A stretch of 64,000 nt of DNA from Selaginella moellendorffii (Eukaryota; Plantae; Lycopodiophyta): NCBI RefSeq assembly GCF_000143415.4, contig NW_003314268.1, forward strand, positions 1,782,672 through 1,846,671, written 5' to 3'. Position 1 is the stretch's first letter; every line of letters starts with the position of its first letter. The notes below the pieces were generated by a model, which ran no database searches, was not told where the DNA came from, and saw nothing but the letters and a program-made list of their open reading frames with translations. Below are positions 59,786 to 64,000 of the stretch, one piece after another. The translations under genes and the position numbers were made by a program.

Positions 59786-62700
59786 TGTCGGGAATCCCCC
59801 AATTCATACCACATTCCTGAATCTTGCTGGATTCCTGACTTGCAGACCACATTCCTGATTCTCGAGACACTTCCCTATTCCTGACTCTTGAGACTCTTCC
59901 CTATTCCTGACTCTCTGATTTCCTATACGACCCCTAAGTCTTGAGCCACATTCCTGATGGTGATGTGGTGCCTCCTCGACCTTAGCTATATTTAAGCTGT
60001 CCTCGATCCAAGAGTGGTAGAGCTTCATCAACCTATAGTATACATAGGTTAGCCTTGTTCCATTTCTCCACAATCTGAATCAACACCAGTTTAAAGCCTC
60101 TTCTTTGTTTCCACTAGCTTTTCTCTTTGTCTTTTGCATTTTCCAATCTTGATCTTGTTGGGGGTCTTGACAATTTGATTCAAATTGTGTTTTTTCATTT
60201 TTTTTTCCTTTAGCTCATTTTGATTGTTTGACTGACTTTGCCTTTTTTCCCCCTTTTTTCTTTCTTTCTGCCGATGGAGTCTCCAAGCCATCCTGATTTC
60301 TTTGCCAAAGTCCTTGTAAAAATCCAGTCTAAGAATACCGAGCTGAAGGCGACCCTTCTTCGCATGCAGCAGGAGCTTGCTTCACTTTCGGCTCAAGGAT
60401 CCAGCAAAGTTCCTGAACCGAAGGTGAGTTTCCTGGCGAAATTTTCAGGCAAGCGTTCGGAGCTTTGTGGATTCCTGAACCAGATGGAGCTGATCTTCGC
60501 ACTTTAACATTGGCGGTACCCCACTCCCGAGTCTCAAATCGGCATGATTGGGACGTTGCTCGAAGGTGCAGCTTTGTCATGGTTTTCTCTTCTTCTGGAG
60601 AAGAGCATGAAAGGGGTCGTGGTTCCGGAGCTGATGGATCTTCAATTGTTCAAAGAGAAGCTAGAAGCATGTTTTGGCGAGACGGATCGGGTTCGGGCTG
60701 CTACCACAAAGATGAGACGTCCCTCTCAGGGGTCTCGTCCTGCCTCAATCTACGCTGCAGAGTTCCAACTCCTTGCTTTAGACACTCAGCGGGATGAGCG
60801 GGCCCTGATTGACCAATTTTGTTTTGGCCTCAACAATGGTGTCAAGGATTTGTTGCTCACCATGGAAGATCCTAAGGACCTGTCGGACGCCATCAACAAA
60901 GCTGTTCGATGTGACAATTGTCTCTTTGAGCGTCATCAGGAAAGTCGCCATGCCGCTGTTTTTCCATCCTAGACTTAGGAATCCCAGCTTGAGTCTTCGG
61001 GGCATACTCCTGAACCTACTGCTCCGGTCCTGATGGATATTTCTGGTACTCCTCGACTCATCAAAGGGAACTTGAGTCCTGCTGAGAAGCAACATCGAAT
61101 ATTTCATAATCTTTGCCTCTACTGTATTGATCCTAATCACAAAGCAGCTATATGTCCTAAGAAGCCTCCTCGACTGCTCGAGTTCACTCTGCCTCAAAAT
61201 TCACCTTTGTTGCAGTCGGGAAACGACCTTGTCCAAATAGAGTAGGAGCTGTCTGTTTGGACTCCCCGTATAAAAATCACTTTTCTTCTTTATCAAGCTC
61301 CTCACCACCTTTCATCAAAGCCACCACCAATTCCCGCAACTTCCGCATCCCATGTCTCCTTTCTTTCATCGGACAATCAGGACTCAAGGCTCTAGTGCTA
61401 CTGGACTCGGGTGCAACTTCCTGCTTCATGGACACGGACTTTTCTGCCCAACATCACCTTCCTCTTTCTTCTACCATACAGGATCTGAGGGTTGAAGGCA
61501 TTGGTGGGCATTTTGTGTCTCCATCTTCTGGACCTAGAGAAACGTTGCCCGTTCGAGTACACATCGGGTCCACCGTCACCGATATCGCTTTCAACATCAT
61601 CAACAACAAGTCCTCCTCTGTGGTGCTTGGTCTTCCTTGGTTCCAACTACATTAACCTCAGATCTGTTGGAAGGAATTACAGCTCATCTCTCCCACATCA
61701 CCATGTCCCATGGCTTCCCCTACTGTTTATCGAGTCCGAATCAAGAAAAGTTCCCTAAACTTAAATTGAGGTTCTGTTCTTGACTCTATGAAGTTTTCAC
61801 CCTCTTCTTTTTCCTCTCTTCCATCTTACCCTGGATAGTATCCTCGTCTCATCATTCCATTTAGTCGTATGCCTCCTCTTATCTCCACAATAACTATGAA
61901 AGAACTCCTTCATGAAGAACCTATTTTCCTTTTTGCTTTGCATGTTTCTTCTGTCAGTCTTCCTGAGAAGTATCATGATTTTGGGGATGTGTTTGACAAG
62001 AAAAAAGCTAGTGTACTGCCTGTTCATCGGCCTTATGACTGTCCTATTGATTTATAGGAACGAGCGTCACCTCCGTGGGGGCCTATCTACAGGTTATACC
62101 CGTCCGAGCTTAAGGCCCTCAAAGAGTACGTGGATGAGAACCTTGCCTCGGGGTACATTCAGCATTCGCAATCCCCGGCTGGAGTGCCTGTCTTCTTTGT
62201 CAAGAAGAAGGATGGGAGTTTGCAGCTAGTCATCGACTACCGAGGTTTGAACAAGGTGACTGTTCAGAACCATTATCCGCTGCCGCTGATCTCGGACCTG
62301 TTGGAGTGCCTCAGCGGTGCCCGCTGGACAGTCTGGACAGATCATAAAAATCAGACAACAACAGTCTGGACAACAGTCTGGACAGATCATAAAAATCTCG
62401 AATACTTTGCCACTTCCCGAGTTTTGAGCCGTCGTCAAGCAAGGTGGGCACAATTCCTGAGTCGGTTTGACTTTGTTATCAAGTACAGACATGGAAAGCC
62501 TCAAGGCCTTCCTGATGCTCTTTCAAGGCACTCCTATCTTAGTCTCAGGCCAAGTAATCCTACCTTCAATCAATAGGATCAAGTTATCCTTGGTCCTGAT
62601 CAGCTTCAAGTTATGGCAATTTCTCTGGCCCCTCAAGACTCCTCCTTGATGGATGCGATCAGAAACAATCTTCAATCTGATGACCTTGCCAACGACATTT

Positions 62701-63300
62701 TCCCCCATCTTCAGGCTGGACACTCAGTGACTCCTGATTGCCGGCGATTTGACGAGTTCGAGTTCTTAGATGGCTTGTTATATTGTGGGGAGCAGCTTTA
62801 TGTTCCTGAAGGTGATGCTCGAAGGTTGGTCCTGATGACATGCCACGATAGCCCGACTGTTGGTCACTTCGGCATCGCAAAGACCTATGAGCTGGTTGCA
62901 CAGGACTTTTGGTGGCCTCACATGGACAACTACATCAAAACTTTTGTTACCTCCTGTGACACTTGCGCCCAAAATAAGGTACCTCGCCACCTTCCTTCAG
63001 GTTTGCTTCGTTCCCTCCCGGTCCCTTCAGGTCCTTGGGAATCCATCTCCATGGATTTCTTGAGTGATCTTCCTAGTTCTGGAGGCTTCAACAGCATTTT
63101 AGTCGTGGTGGATCGCTTCACAAAGATGGCACACTTCCTGCCGTGTACCAAGGAGTTTTCGGGCGAGGACATGGCAAAACTGGTACCCAGGGAAATTTTC
63201 CGACTTTATGGGATTCCTGCAGATGTGGTTTCGGATTGGGGACCTCAGTTCATCTCTCATTTCTAGCAATGGTTTTTGTAGTTGCTTGGAGCAATCATCA
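59786..63300 (+). mobile_element. Ty3/gypsy chromovirus (Tcn1/Tf1-sushi-like) 5' part: 387-bp LTR 59786-60172, gag, PR, deleted RT, RNase H end, integrase; defective
   Basis: Gag CCHC CLYCIDPNHKAAIC; LLDSGAT; [20 protein letters not shown]; WTDHKNL; HHCC and SMDF..VVVDRFTKMAHF; stops and frameshifts; LTR matches 46762-47148. Confidence 0.95.
61218..61224 (+). promoter_or_regulatory. -1 ribosomal frameshift slippery heptamer G GGA AAC at the gag/pol junction
   Basis: In phase with gag codons (tcG GGA AAC); the -1 frame is open into the protease ORF 61257-61655; gag stops at TAG 61243-61245. Confidence 0.8.
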
Positions 63301-64000
63301 TGATGATTCTCAATAGAAGGACTCCTTGAATGCTTGCGAGACTTATACTTATCATTATCAAGTTATTGAGTTGCATCAAAGAGCTCCTCTAAACTCTTTG
63401 AAGGTTGAGAATGACATATGTGTTGCCAAATACTCTCACTATAAGGCCATCAATGAAGTAGGATTTATTTTGATTTAGATCCTTTATTGGAATATAGCTA
63501 ATCAAACAAGTAAGCTTCTCAATATAATCCCCGAGTGTTATTTTTCCTTGCTGGAAATGTCAAAGTCCTGTGTGAGCATTCTCCATGTTATAATGAGGGG
63601 CAAAAAGTAAATAAAAAATAGCCTCAAACTCATCCATGGTAGACACTAATGGTTTTTTATCTACAACATGAGACTCCTCAAGTCAATTCCACCACTAAAG
63701 ACTTGCATCAAGCAAAACCATTGGAATAGCCACTAAAGCCTCTACATCTAGATTTCCTTTAGTAGCTAAAAACTTTTTTATATTGGCTAGCCAAGCTAGA
63801 CAGTTGTCCACACCAATCTTGAGTCGATCTACCAAGGAAGGTTTACTTGGAGCGCCACTATATCCAGCCTCGTGCCTCAACACACTCATGCATGATAGCC
63901 ATTTTGCCATGCATCTCATCTTGCATCTCTTGCTGATTTCAATTAAAAGCTTGCAACTCATGAACAACATTTTGAATAGTCCAAACCTCCATAGCTCCAT

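Noticed and set aside
46762-63300. Chromovirus 5' and 3' pieces as halves of one inverted element
   Set aside because: Flanking 5-mers differ (GGCAT versus GTAAG) and they sit at different positions in family A hosts
63695-64000. 101-aa minus-strand ORF at the window end
   Set aside because: Unidentifiable, truncated, and followed by stop-riddled sequence; probably TE debris

Overview
Eukaryotic plant nuclear DNA. The 50-70 bp introns, very short intergenic spaces and gene content suggest a compact non-seed-plant genome such as the lycophyte Selaginella (inference). Bases 1-30,200 are a dense block of spliced genes: GH17 glucanase (partial), METTL22-like, chloroplast ATP synthase b', PP2A-C, CFL1-like WW protein, AWPM-19, OBERON-like PHD, CYP78A, 3-hydroxyisobutyryl-CoA hydrolase, eIF4A, a PPR protein, LDIP-like and mitochondrial-type uL24. 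This block is interrupted by about 8.5 kb of gene debris (14.8-23.4 kb) that includes a KEA3 pseudogene and is bracketed by a duplication whose core is inverted. Bases 31,000-64,000 are a nest of transposons. It holds a large non-coding LTR family (one complete recent copy with AAAAA TSD, plus solo and partial LTRs), 5S-rRNA-containing Cassandra-like LTRs, and chromovirus pieces with a self-priming PBS and a G GGA AAC -1 frameshift site. The most interesting part is a decayed DNA-transposon-like unit (38.8-45.1 kb). It pairs a Zn-finger/MULE-like transposase, divergently, with a spliced cargo gene that has a ParB/Srx-like DGNH motif and a DPPY-like DNA methyltransferase motif, and an array of ~62-bp palindromes lies between them. 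All protein family calls are by eye, not by database search.
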